Positions 1 through 13,288 are shown, counted from the first letter of the stretch. The stretch is DNA of 64,000 nucleotides from Octopus sinensis (GCF_006345805.1 NC_042997.1:17360001-17424000); one strand, 5' to 3'. Made by a program: numbers and translations. Notes: generated from the sequence alone by a model not told the origin.

Positions 1-220
1 AGGCATTGGGAGGATGGCAGTAGATTGGGGGATACTATGAATTTATAATATTATTATAGTATTGTATACAAATTATATAATATTATATTAAATATCAACT
101 GATTCATAGTATATATAAATTAGTAAAATATAAAATATTTATTTATACATAAAAATAGGGTGGGGGCGCTGAGGACATTATGTGACCATGCAGGGGGCCC
201 AAAAAGTTTGAGAACCTCTG
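1..220. mobile_element. Terminal part of a probable hAT-type non-autonomous DNA transposon, truncated by the window start
   Basis: Ends ...gggggcccaaaaagtttgagaacctctg at 220 (reverse complement CAGAGGTTCTCAAAC, a hAT-like terminus). It abuts a SINE-head fragment (221-265). The other end and TSD lie outside the window. Confidence 0.5.
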
Positions 221-270
221 ATCTAGAACCATGTGTTTAGGAAGCATACTTCTTCCCATACACCACTATA

Positions 271-650
271 TCTTTTATTTTACTTGTTTAAGTCATTGGA
301 CTGCAGACATGCGGGAGGACTGCCTTGAAGGTTAATTCAAACAAATTAACTCCTGTACTTATTTTTAAGCATGGACTTATTCTATTGGATCTCTTTTTGC
401 TGAACTGCTAAGTTAAGGGAAAGTAAATAGACCATCACCAGTTTTCAAGTGGTGTTGGGGTACAAAGACACACACACACACACACACCATACAAACACAC
501 ACACACACATACACACACACATGACAGGCTTCTTTCAGTTTCTGACTACCAAATCCACTCACAAAGCTTTGATTAGCTCAAGGCTATCATAGAAGACCCA
601 GGTGTCATGTGGTGGAACCTTGTGGTTTGGAAGCAAATTTCTTACCACAC
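271..650 (-). mobile_element. SINE family A copy (tRNA-like head, central CA microsatellite, conserved 3' half)
   Basis: Colinear in reverse with the copy at 8203-8668 (ggcttctttcagtttc..taccaaatccactcacaaagcttt; tgaactgctaagtt; tacttgtt..agtcatt). Confidence 0.7.
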
Positions 651-1038
651 ACACACATAAACATGGGCTTCTACAAAGTTTCTCTTTACCAGATTAAGTT
701 ACATGGGGTATAGTAGAAGACAATTGCCAGGGTGTTACACAGTTTGACAGAACCTGATACCATGTGGCTGCAAAGAAAACTACTTAACCATGTAGCTATG
801 ATGTAAAAATAAATGACAAACATACATACATGTGTGTGTGTGTTTGTGTATTAGACATTCACACACATGAATGTACAAATGTTAAATAAAAAAAACTACT
901 TGATACACATGGCAGAATTAATTGAATCCTCTGGAGCTGAGATGTCACTCCATCATGATTCTAAGCATTCTAACTAGTGATGGAGTGAAGCCGCAAATTT
1001 GAATGAACACAGGCATGCATACACACTCACACATACAT

Positions 1039-1077
<39 letters not shown>

Positions 1078-1676
1078 CCACACACACAGATAAAGTGACA
1101 CACTAATATTGTATATACAGACACATGTAATATTGTTTGTTTATTTGAAACTGATAATAATTACACTTGGTATCGTATATGTTTTATTCACAAGATATCA
1201 GAATCTTAATATTATTTTATCATTTCCTTAAGAAAATATCAAGTGATTGAGTGTACACTAAAACATAACCAAAATGGAATAAGAAAAAAAAGAAGCAATA
1301 CAAAATATACAGTTTTCTTTCTCTTTTTTTTTCAATATTTTGTTATTGTATTCTAATGCTTTGATTGTCTTTGAGCATTAAGTGAAAAATAAATTAGAGA
1401 GAGAATGAGGAAAAGGAGAGAGAGAGAGAGAGAGAGAGTGAGAAAAAGAAAAGAAACTGTGCAACAGAAATATATTTGGAGGATGAAAAGAAATAACAAA
1501 AACCCAGAAATAATAGAAAAACCAAAAGTAAACTGGAAATAAGAAAGCTGTAAGCAAGTAACAAGTAACAAAATTAGCCAAAACAAAAATGTAAGGTAAG
1601 AGGTTGAAAAAAATGTAGGAAGACTCATTGGAATAAACAGATAGAATAAATGTCTTGTTGTTTACCAATAACAACT

Positions 1677-1841
1677 TCATATTGCCTTGTGTACAACTTT
1701 TGGTACAAGACTTTGTGAGGGTGTCTTGACTATGTCTTCTAGCTTACATGGGTATATTTCCTTTATGGACTCAGCCGTGATTGATTGTATAATATCTTTC
1801 ACAAGAGAGAAATGTTGCTCTGAAGAGTTTGTAAAACGTTT
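1677..1841 (-). CDS. Unverified candidate terminal exon (KRFTNSSEQHFSLVKDIIQSITAESIKEIYPCKLEDIVKTPSQSLVPKVVHKAI*)
   Basis: 54 open codons after a CAGTAG acceptor; a GTGAGT donor at 1910 would give a 69-nt intron. The phase-0 frame upstream of that donor has a stop 9 codons back. No homology recognised. Confidence 0.22.
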   Translation of the reverse strand, partial: KRFTNSSEQHFSLVKDIIQSITAESIKEIYPCKLEDIVKTPSQSLVPKVVHKAI

Positions 1842-4800
1842 CTACTGGATATATTTAGAAGAATGAATGATAAAAGCTATGAAATACATAAATTTGACTG
1901 AAATACTCACTATTTTTCCTTCTGACACACATGCAAATTATTTTTATTGTATTTTGTGAACACTAGTATTGCTGGTAAAAGATTTACTATGGAAAAAATC
2001 ACTGATTCACAACACTTATGATAAGGATAGTGAGGGATTGTCTGTACTACATCATCACAACAAATATCACTTGGATTTTGCTTGAAAGTACTATTTTTTT
2101 GTTTTTCTCACAGATTGACATCTTGCAGATGTTAGCATTTTGTGTTGATTATATTGTTGAAAGATACAGATAGACATACAAATATAAACACATAACACAC
2201 ACACACACAGAGTTAGCTTCTGCACTGTTTCCATCTACCAAACCTCATTCTCAAATCATTGATCAAGCTAAAGAAACTTGCCTAAAGTGCTATGCAGTGA
2301 AATTTCAATGAAACCAGACTCACATGGCTGCAAAACAAACTTGTTAACCACACATCCATGCCTGCTATTATACCTAAACTTCTTTTACTGTATCAAAGTC
2401 AATAAGTTCAAAATCTGCAAGCATTTTTATGGATGCTGGTGTGTGTATTTTACTGCTGGATTATGTTTCTAACACTAATTATTGAACTGTGAAGTGTGAA
2501 GTACATTCAGTCTATTTTACAATTACATAGATTGAGGCAAATATTGTAAAGTCATGGAAAAGATGTTAAATGAACTGAAATGAAGTGAAATGATTTAAAC
2601 TAAGGAAGATTATTAATCATAATGTTGAACTGATTGATAAATAATGTAAAATCTGGTGAAATAACAGGATAATCTTCTTTTAATTTCAAAGCATTTTGCT
2701 GCCTGTAATATTTTCTGTGCATTTGTAAGCACTGACCTCAATTAGATTAAGAACTCTGCAACTGTGAATGATTTCCTCATCCAGGTGAGATTTCTAATAA
2801 GCTCTTAACATAAAATATAGCATTTAAGGAAATCAAATATACCGCTCCATTGAAAACGCAAGCAACTGCTTAAGGTAAAGTTAGATTTATTAATGATGCA
2901 TTATCTCAGGTGGCTGCTTGTGGTGCATATTTTAATGAATTAATGTATCTAGCAAAGATATTGCACTAATAAATCACCCCCAGACTTTCACATTTCACCT
3001 ACATGTTGCTCACTTTCTGTAACCACAGCACTTTAAGGTGGAAATAAACTAGAATTGATCTTACAGTCATGCAGTTACTATTATAGCTATCAGCTTCTTT
3101 AACTATGCACTTATTTATTTTTTCTTTTGGAAGTGTAATATTACACCATAAAAAGGAAACATTGGTAAATATTACAGGTTTCTTTAAGGGAAGAGACTTT
3201 TTATAGAAAAGGAGAGATTATCATCAAATATAGTATGGCAGAGGAAACTACTTTTGTATGGCAGTGTTGAATAACAGTAATCTTATATTTTTGTCATAGT
3301 ACACCCACACAAGAGATTGATTATCATTGCAGAAGATACTTTAGTTGAACCTTGCCTTATTGAATAATGCCAAAGGGAAAGAGGGATTATTTTGGCAATC
3401 AATAGTAGATTGGAATTAAAAGAAAAAGAAGGAAAAATGGAAAATAGGAAAAAAAGGAAAAATCCTTAAAAAATAGGTCCTAACTATTATTTACCCCCAA
3501 TTCCTTCATGACATTTAATCAACCTACCATATGAAAAAAATTATATATAAAACAAAAGGTCAAAATAAATTGTGATAAAACAGGAAAACTGTTCAATACT
3601 TGTAGGCAAGAGCCTACCACTTAATAGGCTTACTAACTAATAAAAGAAAAAGATGAAAGTCACATTCAATAGTCATTAAATGGGTTTAAACATGTTTGTA
3701 TTTCTCATTTCTGTTGGAATTATGAGGTTATCTCTGAAACAGAGTGGGGTCTACTACAGAGCCTTTGAATCTGTTCATGACAAAATAAACCTCCATGAAA
3801 ACTTCCTGCACTGTTTGTTTAAACTTCAACAACAATAAAAAGATCAGAAAAACTAGCAACCCCTTCTCTCATTTACTCAGCAATATATGACCTACATTAA
3901 TAGTGTGGACCTTATCCAGTTATGCCTAAAACCATCTGCACACCAGTACAGGAATTCTACAAATACTACAGGCATTGCCTGGCTTCCTCAGTAAAACAAA
4001 ATCAATTATAGATATATAGGAGAATAGTGATGGTTGAGATTGTGTCAAGCAGTGCTCCTGAAAGTGGTCAGTATTACCTCCTAGGGTGGTGGGGAAATTT
4101 TCATATGGGTACAGAATATAAAGAAGGTAGTAGTGAAGGGAAGGGATAGCCCTAATATTCAAAACTATTTTTAGTTTTTATTCTGTGTGCAAATCATCTG
4201 GTAATATTAGTGGTTCTAAAATAACTTTTTGAATTTACACTGGACATGTTTAAGATTATTGACAAAATGATTCTGAAATTGATCCTAAATCATGAACTCA
4301 AATTTTTCATCAGGGCTTTTGTTTTTGAAGCACCTCTGCTATTGCCAGTCACTTACCCATCTCAACTCATGACCACCTCTATTATTGCCAATTGCTCTCC
4401 TTTCCTTCAACTTCACTCAAATAGTTCTTTTTCCATCATATTTTCTTTTCTTTTTACTGAACCTTACTTTTGGCTACCTCTGCCATTGCCAGTCATTCTC
4501 CACCCACTGCCTATCCTACATATTCCTGTCTTTTTACCATAATGCTAAGTCTTATCAATCAAGTAGAATATGATTTGCTGAGGTCAGTCAAATCAAGACT
4601 GAAACATGTCTAATGTTAGCAGAAAGTAAATAACAGCTAAAATAACTATTACTAATAGGTTTACATGTAAATAGTTAAGAGAAAATACAAATGTTAATAT
4701 ATTTCACATGCTTTAAACATGTGAATAATAAGAAAACGCAAGTTTAATATGTTGAAAGAAGTAAAAATCTTCTTGCATTGTCACAGATGTATTGGCATTA

Positions 4801-7359
4801 CTGATATATAAGTGCTTTGAAACTATTGTAGCAATGCAGATCTAATCTCATTGAGTACATATTAGTATTGCTCTGAGTAGATACATTAAGTTCACTTTGC
4901 ATTAAATGTATTGATACTTTCTTCAAGTACAGAACCAGTCACAAATTTGCTCACTATACAATTTAACACCAGTGTCCTCATCACCATTACTGTCATCACG
5001 GCTATCACCATCACAACCACGTAGTAGTTGTAGTAGTAGTAGTAACAATGCAAATATTAAAGATGAATATAATCATATCATTTGCAGAAAACTAAAGAGG
5101 AAATCTATTAAGGAGGGAAAAAAAATTCCTATGTTGAAGACTAAAGTTAGCATAACAACTGAGAGAGCCATATAACTTCAACATGCAAACCTATGTATTT
5201 ACAGCTTTTCAGACAAGTGTGAAAACTGCAGCTGGTTTCTGGAATGAAGTTACATGAAGAGATGTATGGCTGCTGAATATGAGCAGACAAAAGGAGACAC
5301 TAGCCAAAAGGGAAAAGCACAATTGAATGAGCTTCTTTCAATGTAACATGCCTTCAAACAAAAGATGACTGCCGCCAAAATGGACACCACAGAATATGGT
5401 TTAGTTCAAAGAAACTACACAACTATGTTGAGAAATACAGTTGTAAGAACCATTAGATTTCTCAAATGACCATTTATTTTTTTCTTTCATTTTATATATC
5501 TCTTTATTTCTTCTCAATTTCTTCTGATTTGTTGGTGTGAATGTGAGAAAATGGTATCTCATAGATAAAATGGCAAAGGAATAAAGCACTAACGGAGAGG
5601 GAAACTGTTTAACAACTCAACTCAGCCTGCATAAAAAAAAAAAACAATTAAAAATGGGCATGTAAAATGTAATAGCTGAGAGATAGAGAGCAGATTTGTC
5701 TAGACTGAATATAAGACTGACCATCTCAGCTGTTCATTAGATAAGATTTCTCAATGGAAATCCTGCCAAAATCTAACTAAGCTTTTCAAAGTTGATGAGG
5801 TAAGCACTAGTGATATACTGACTGGGATAAGCAGCCAAATTTTACGCCATATTTGATATGTTGGATTTCTATGTCTCAACCATTAATCGGTTCAATCAAA
5901 TGTTGATGAAGCTTATCCAACAAGAAGAGCAACAACAACAACGATACAGATATTAAGCTGCTTCTGATGAGGAATGAACAAAACATTTTTTTTTCAGAAA
6001 GAGAAGACATTGAAGAATGGGAATCTATAAAAGTGATGAGAAGGTAGTCTTGTTGAAATGATAGAAGAATGTTAAGTGGAACATAAATGAGAATAAAAAA
6101 AAAATTCTGCAAACTGAGTATTTCTCTGAAGAATGTAAAAAACTAGATAATAAGAGATGAGGTAAATTAATAGAAAAAGCACAGGAAACAAAAGGACGAC
6201 AAAAACAAAAAAATATATAAATAAGATTGAATATTAGTGAGTCCTAGAAAATCAATAAGGCCTTAAATAAACAGATTAATTGATTTTTGGATAGGTGGGG
6301 AGTGGTCTGAGTGAGAATTCAATGTTAGTAGGAACAAAGTAAACTGTTTGTCACCACTAATGTGATCACGACGATAAAACTACTGATAATGATATGTGAA
6401 GCTGGGTGGGCAGAGGCAAATGGTGTCCGTGGGTAGGTCACTATACAAAGCTTAAGCAATTTAGTCAGCATTGATCAATGAGACAATCTAAAATAACCAT
6501 TCACTGTACTATTTACTTAGGATTGTCAGCACTCCAGCATCTCTACATCAATGTTGTTGTTAATGTATTGACTTTAACCCAATTCACTTAAGAGGTGAGA
6601 CTTAATTCAGTAGAAATAAAAAAAAGGAAAAAATTTCCATGAATGTTTAATTCTAGGAAACAAAAAGAAAAAGAAAAACAAGCAAAGAAACAAAAAGACT
6701 GTTAGCTAAATAAAACTGGAAAAAAAGTGAAAAGAAGCAGCTGCATCAAAAATTAAAACAAAACAGAACAAATCCTGTATTCCAAAACATTCACTTATTC
6801 AGTTATCTGGTAAACTTTTGAGTGTTGCAGCAGTTGTTTCAGTCAGTTAATACAATTTCAATTCCGAAACAGAACTGCTTTGCTTAGTTTGTTTATCTTT
6901 AAGAAAGATATGAATGGCACTGGAAATCTCCCTCTTCTACATATGAAATTTCAATGTCTATGCAGGATTATTACTGTTGTTTCTGTAATTGTTCATATTG
7001 TTGTTGTCATTTGCCTAAGGATACATTATTCTATGTATCCTTTATTTAAGTCAATAGGGTCTGATTTGAAGGAGACTTGGTTGTTGTTTCTAGAAGATTA
7101 AATGACCACATAAAGGATTCCACATTGACAGCAGCTTTTGTTTTATACAGTATTTTAAGTAGATAAGGTACTGAATGTCTGGCTTTGTGATTGTAAGTTC
7201 AGACCTTGCTTTGGGCAGTTTTTTCCTCATGAATACTTCACACCTAATTAAGAAACTACTACTACTAACTACTTCTAGGAAACCGGCTGGTCAGTATTTA
7301 ATTACAAACTAATCATGAAAAAATAAGGCTGATTATCTCTCTTTCTCTCTCTCTCTTTT

Positions 7360-7427
<68 letters not shown>

Positions 7428-7454
7428 TATACACACACACACACACACACACGC

Positions 7455-7988
7455 AATTCAAATAATAACAAAACAGAAATTCTTTAACACATCTTTAATG
7501 ATTCATTACAATTGTTTCTGCACCAACTCTGCTTGCAATGCCAGTTTATGCAAAAATTTGATGTGAAAATTTATGTAATGTGTGCGATTATAGACATTTA
7601 AGTGGCACTTCATCAGACTTGCATCAAAGGTGCTCTATTACATTGTACGTCTTTCTTCTCCTTTTTCTTCTTCTTAATATTTTTCTGCTTTATCCCCCGC
7701 TTCATGATCTCTATGCTAATTATTCATCCTCTGAACACACTTTTATTTACTTTTGTTTCATCCTGATATAACCAAGAAATAATGTCTGGAAAACACACTA
7801 CGTGATAGTATACCTTTGATGCAAGTCTGATGAAGTGCCATTCAAATGTCTAAAACTGCAAACATTATGTAAATTTTCACTTTAAATTTTTGCATAAACA
7901 GGCATTGCAAGCAGAGTTGGTTCAGAAACAATTGTAACAAATCATTAAAGATGTGTTAAAGAATTTCTGTCTTCTTAGTATTTGGATT
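7455..7988. mobile_element. Fold-back / MITE-like element with long inverted arms
   Basis: 7473-7630 and 7813-7970 are reverse complements (158 bp, no indels, about 14 mismatches by manual alignment), extending more loosely to 7455 and 7988; spacer ~180 bp. Confidence 0.85.
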
Positions 7989-8147
7989 ATAATTTACTCT
8001 TCACCAAACACACACAATGGTGTTACCATCGTGAAACAAGGATTTACTAAACTTGAAGAATTCCAGCATTGGTCTGGAATCCAACAGTGATGATAGCCCA
8101 GAATTTAGCTTGAATGGTTCTCTGGAAATACCCTACCAGGACCTAAG

Positions 8148-8202
<55 letters not shown>

Positions 8203-8205
<3 letters not shown>

Positions 8206-8668
8206 CACAGGACTGGCTGTGAGGTAAGTAGCTAGCTTAACAACCACATGGTTTTGGGTTCATTCCCACTGCATGGAACCTTGGGCAAGTGTCTTCTATT
8301 ATAGCTTTGGGCCAACCAAAGCCTTGTGAGTGGATTTGGTAGACAGAAACTGAAAGAAGCCCGTCATATATATGTATGTATATATATATATATATCATCA
8401 TCATCGTTTAACATCCGTTATATATACATATATATATGTATATGTATGTGTGTGTATATGTTTGTGTGGCTGTGTTTGTCCCACCCAACATCACTTGACA
8501 ACCGATGCTGGTGTGTTTATATCCCTGTAACTTAGCAGTTCAGCAAGAGAAACCGATAGAATAAGTACTAGGCTTACAAAGAATAAGTCCTGGGGTCGAT
8601 TTGCTCGACTAAAGCGGTGCTCCAGCATGGTCGCAGTCAAATGACTGAAACAAGTAAAAGAGTAAAAG
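8203..8668 (+). mobile_element. SINE family A, near full length
   Basis: Head with A-box-like tggctgtgaggt and B-box-like gggttcattccc; central TA/TG microsatellite; 3' half ending gtcaaatgactgaaacaagtaaaagagtaaaag. Several colinear copies in the window. Confidence 0.85.
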
Positions 8669-8718
8669 TATATAAAAATATATATATAAATATATATACA
8701 TATATATATATGTAAATA

Positions 8719-8776
<58 letters not shown>

Positions 8777-8852
8777 GGTGTATGTATAAGGAACATAGAA
8801 ATGTAATCAGTATTACTACTTATATGCTGACTTGTATTTTTTTCTTTAACAG

Positions 8853-8978
8853 GCTGTGTGGACTCTGCAAAGACCGTCAGCTAATCACATTGTAGATAGG
8901 AGAGAAATACAGAACTCATCTACCACACCCATACCCTATGTTAACATGTCACACTTTTTGGCACATCTTTTGAACTAG
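8853..8978 (+). CDS. Unverified candidate terminal exon (AVWTLQRPSANHIVDRREIQNSSTTPIPYVNMSHFLAHLLN*, or LCGLCKDRQLITL* in another phase)
   Basis: Textbook acceptor (ctgac branch, T-rich tract, aacag|G) and AATAAA at 9015-9020. No upstream partner exon or homology identified. Confidence 0.28.
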   Translation, partial: AVWTLQRPSANHIVDRREIQNSSTTPIPYVNMSHFLAHLLN

Positions 8979-10689
8979 ATGTGTATACCTATGTATGTAT
9001 CAAAGAAAGGAAAAAATAAATTATCAATATTTTTTCAAAGAATATAGCATCAAGAATGCATTAGAGTGGTATAATGTAGGGTATGGAACATAAAGTATAT
9101 GAAATATATATGAAGAAAACAATCCCAATTATTAGTGGCTGTAATCTACTTTTAGAACCCTCAGGAAATCCCTTCAGAATAGTTGAATCTTTGTTTTATT
9201 TTTCCCCTTTTTTTAATGATATTCTTGGGCCACTCATTAACTTCAGTTGACATACACTGCTCTCTGAACCAGGAGAGGCCACTTAAGTTAATTTTTATTC
9301 AATTATTACTTTCGTTTTTATTTTCTTATCTTATTTTTACATGCTTTCTTGTTGACCAGAGTTGAACATAATGGTTTTGACTGACAGGGGCAGAGGTAGA
9401 TAATAGATTCAACAACATCTCATAGGGCCAAGTAAATGCTTTTAGTCTCCTTCAGCTTGCTGGCATTATGAATAATTTAGCTCATATCTTCACCAATTAG
9501 TAAACTGTTATGAATTAATCCTTGTTATTTTTACATTGGGTTTTTATCTATTTTTGTTTTTAATATTTGATTCTCTTCAATTTACAATGCTTCTTATTGT
9601 ATTTATTTATTGTTTTTCTTTCAAAGTCTAGGGCACATTTACCTCTTCTAATACCTTATCTGTCATCTCCACAGTCATTTTCTACTTTCTCTTCTTGTCC
9701 CATCTACTCCCCTTCTCTCTTCCTTTATCCATCTCTTTTTCAAAATACTTTGTAACTCTTTCTTTCCCTTTTCCATTTCTTCTGTTTGGAAGAGTCTCTG
9801 AGATAAAGCAGTTTTCATCAACATTCTCCAGCATTATTATTCTTCATATTTCCCATCAATCTTACATTTTCTTACTCACTCCTCCTCTATCTATCTATCT
9901 CTCTGTGTGTTTCTCTTTACCTCCTGACTTCACATTCTTAAAATCTCTACATCTATGTTTTTGCTCTTTTATTTTATGCCTCATACTCTTGCATTTTGTT
10001 TAAGTATGGTTTCCACAGATTAATCATATTATTGTATGTTCATTATTTCCTTATCATAACTTTTATTTTGTTCAAATTTGTCAGATCTACATTAGAGAGT
10101 GTGTACAGCACAGTTCTATGCTATATGCTACCTTCTTGAAAGGAGAAGCAATAAGTGTTGAAACTAGTAACTACACTATCAGTCATGTGACTTACTAAAC
10201 ATATTTTAGAGTATCATCATCATCATTGTTTTAACCGTCATTTTTTCATTCTTATATCAGCCAGAGGAAATTTGAGGTGGATTTTCTACAGCTGGATGCC
10301 TTTCCTGTTGTCAACCCTTCCTCATTCATAAGCAAGGTAATATTTCCCCATGGCTGGACATGTTTCAAAGAATAGTTTATATGATGATATCACTCATTTA
10401 CAACTATTACTTGATGTCAAAACAAGGAGGCATAAACACACTCACATACACATGCAAGATGGGCTTCAAAAGTTTAATTGGTAACTTGGTTAAGTCATTA
10501 CTACATAATTGTTTCTAATTAGATTTTTGATATTTACTGCATAGATATGTCAACATTAGCTGTGCATATCTTGTTATAAACACCTCATTCTGTCAATATC
10601 TAAGAAACTCAAATCACAAATGGTTTGGTACCTGCTAGCTGAGAGTAGGTTCCACAGGTTGCGAATAATTCACCATTCTAAGCAGTGGT

Positions 10690-10900
10690 GGCATGCATAT
10701 TGCTGTTTAGCTCTAAGCAGACCTGATCGAGCAAACCTATGAAAGGTACTCTAGCCATGACTATTCCAACTTTTATTTCAGACATTGTTTATCTAGGACT
10801 AGATTATCCAATGTGTCTTTTCCCTTTTTTAAAGATAGAGAGTAATTTGAGTGATATTTAATTGCTATATCCAGCAAGCTTAGCAGCTACATACAGGCTT
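10690..10900 (+). repeat. Dispersed repeat family D copy
   Basis: Motifs agacctgatcgagc / tatctaggact..attatccaatgtgtc / gatttgagggagat..ggctg.tatttctagc recur near 6.95, 25.85, 28.0-28.5, 31.2-31.6, 32.7 and 33.9 kb. Confidence 0.6.
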
Positions 10901-12083
10901 ATCATATTAGCTCAAGAGGCAGTGTTGTAACATTGACAAGAACCTAGTTCAATTTTTGCTGTGTCTTTGGAGAGTCATGATACTGGTAACAATAAAAACA
11001 CACACTGCTTCAATATCACTTCCTTATAGATAGTCAATTGGTTAAATATCTAATCAACTAACTAATCGATCATTTGTTTAATGTTTTGAATAAACAATCA
11101 ATTGGTTGTTGGTTTGTCAGTCCTTTCATTGTTATTCATGGTCTCTTCTATGAGATGCCCTCTCTCATTAAGGTTTTCCTTGAGATTTGTTTCAGCACAT
11201 GAATTTACATCAAAATCTTGCATCCCAAATACAAAAATGAAGTTAATTCAATTTCTTTTATGCGCACAGCTTGAAGAATTAAATAAAAATGTTAAATCCT
11301 CAATAGTGCATACCACCATAATGTCACAAAAAACTACCCACATTTATCAAGCTGGCACCTTATCAACCATTTTTGATTTCCAAATCCCATATGACACTGT
11401 TAATTATTCTGTTTACCCAATATTTTGCATCTGTCTTGCTTTAGCTAGCAAAAACTGACCCATGCTGCAACAAATTTAAGCAGTTCTATAAATTATAGAA
11501 GGACATCTTTCACAACTGAACAATTCTTCTAAACACTAGCTAATCAACCATGAAAGTGTTATTAGTGTCTATTTTCAGCTTGTTATGAAGTTGAGGCTAA
11601 GAAAAATGTAGCTTGCCTTCCTCAAGAGTATTTTCTTCAGTGTCTCATACATTCTGTTATTGCACTCCTGGGACAATTCAAGAGAAATGATTTATCATTA
11701 GCTTCTATAATTGCTCTTCATATCCCTGCTGCTCAATAAGGACTTAAATTCTTTACTTCATACAAAATGTCATTAATATCACTTGGTTTTAGCTACCAGT
11801 TTACATTAGATGGTAATTTTTCATTTTTATTTTTATTTTGTGGTACATAGTTATGCCTTTAATTATTTCTTTTGCACTCTTGGTGCTATAATACAACACA
11901 ATCTGTCTCGTTTTTGGTAATGATATAGCTGGCACAGACCTGGACAACAAGCTGTTAAACTCTTATTAAGTGATAAGTATGGTATGTATATATATGTGTA
12001 TATAGTATATGTGTGTGTGTGTCTGTATGTAAACACAAATACACCCAGCTAAACATAGGCATGCATACACACACACATATATG

Positions 12084-13288
12084 CAGAGCTGGGTGTAAAT
12101 CCATTAATCTGTTAATTGTTAATTAACGAAGTTAACATTTATAAGTTAAATCTGTTAATCGTTAATTAATGAAGTTGACATTTTTAAGTTAACTTTGAAA
12201 ATCATTATCAGACTAATTAACTTCCATTACATTTAGCTTCTGTTAACTCAAGTCCATTAACCCCAAAATTTCATAAAAACTGGTAAATGTTTAAAGGTTT
12301 CTATTGTTTTCAGATTGTTTTAGTATATTTAATATTGAATGCATCATTTTTAGGTGCTTTTTTTTTCTTACACACACACATAACATGGCCTCGCTTGGTT
12401 GGGACTACATGTATGTTACTTTGACATCATCATTCCATAAAATTTGTTTATGAGGAGAAAAATATTGAAAAATATCAATAGATGTGTGAGTGAGAAAGAA
12501 ATGAGGAGGAAGGTTTTGGGAATGTGCTAGAAACAACAGCCTGATTTCCCTTAAATCACACATTTTCCTCTGAAATTATTAACAATTTGTTTTTTAAGCT
12601 GAAAATGTTTCTCTCATGGGTTTTAAGTGTGTAGTGTAAAAAAAAAAATGGCCAAAATCGTTTCGGACTAGGGTGGTGAGGGGGTGGCAGAAGTGAAAAA
12701 ATTTTCAGAATATTTTTCTTTTATTTTTGTGAAAAGATTCCTTTCATCATTCAGAAGACTTTGGTGAAAAACATTGAGAAAAATAGAAATTCCAACTTAT
12801 GTGGGCCATCTGATCTGAAACTTCATTTCTCAGAAACTCTTTGCCCCCATCCCTTTCCAAAAATTTTGCCTACAAATTTCTTTGTAATTGTAATCTACAC
12901 TGTTTGAAAGGTATTTGTATAAAATTTCGTTAAAAAATACCTATTTTCCAGAAAGTTATGAGGTGGGAAAATGTGGGGTCTGTGAATTTTCTGAAACTCC
13001 CCTCCCCAACCCCTCGGAAAATTTTTCCCAACAAATCTTCACATACACTCAGTCTACAGAATATAAGCTATTATTTGATGAAAGTTTTGTTAAAAAGTAT
13101 CTGTTTTCCTGGAAGTTATGAGGCAACAAAGTCGGTGGGGTATTATACTGTAGTTATGCCTTTTTTCAATAAAAGTTAACATTAATGGATTAACATTAGC
13201 TTCTGTTACATTTTCAAAGAATTAACTTTTTGGTTAACGGATTAACAATGAACGAAATTAACTTTTCGATTAACGGTGCCCACCTCTG
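12084..13288. mobile_element. hAT-superfamily non-autonomous element with intact termini and TSD
   Basis: Termini CAGAGCTGGG... / ...CCCACCTCTG; perfect 8-bp TSD CATATATG (12076-12083 and 13289-13296); subterminal GTTAAC/GTTAAT arrays at both ends; no transposase ORF. Confidence 0.9.

Noticed and set aside
1911-2107. Minus-strand stop-to-stop frame with di-cysteine pairs (DICCDDVV...HKCCES) resembling galaxin/usherin repeats
   Set aside because: CC-DD-VV comes from a degenerate trinucleotide run, there is no good acceptor, and the Cys spacing does not continue.
2690-3060. Cluster of TAAT/ATTA and CAGGTG motifs suggesting an enhancer
   Set aside because: Such motifs are expected by chance at this AT content; no conservation data are available.
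5700-5870. Plus-strand exon-like segment ending GAG|gtaagc (DKISQWKSCQNLTKLFKVDE)
   Set aside because: The peptide resembles the L-x-x-I-x-x-W region after the RT core of CR1/L2-type LINEs, so a decayed LINE is at least as likely; too degenerate to call either way.
8053-8140. ORF NSSIGLESNSDDSPEFSLNGSLEIPYQDL that would splice in phase to the 8853 acceptor
   Set aside because: No credible acceptor, the donor runs into a microsatellite, and the sequence looks like a dispersed repeat fragment.
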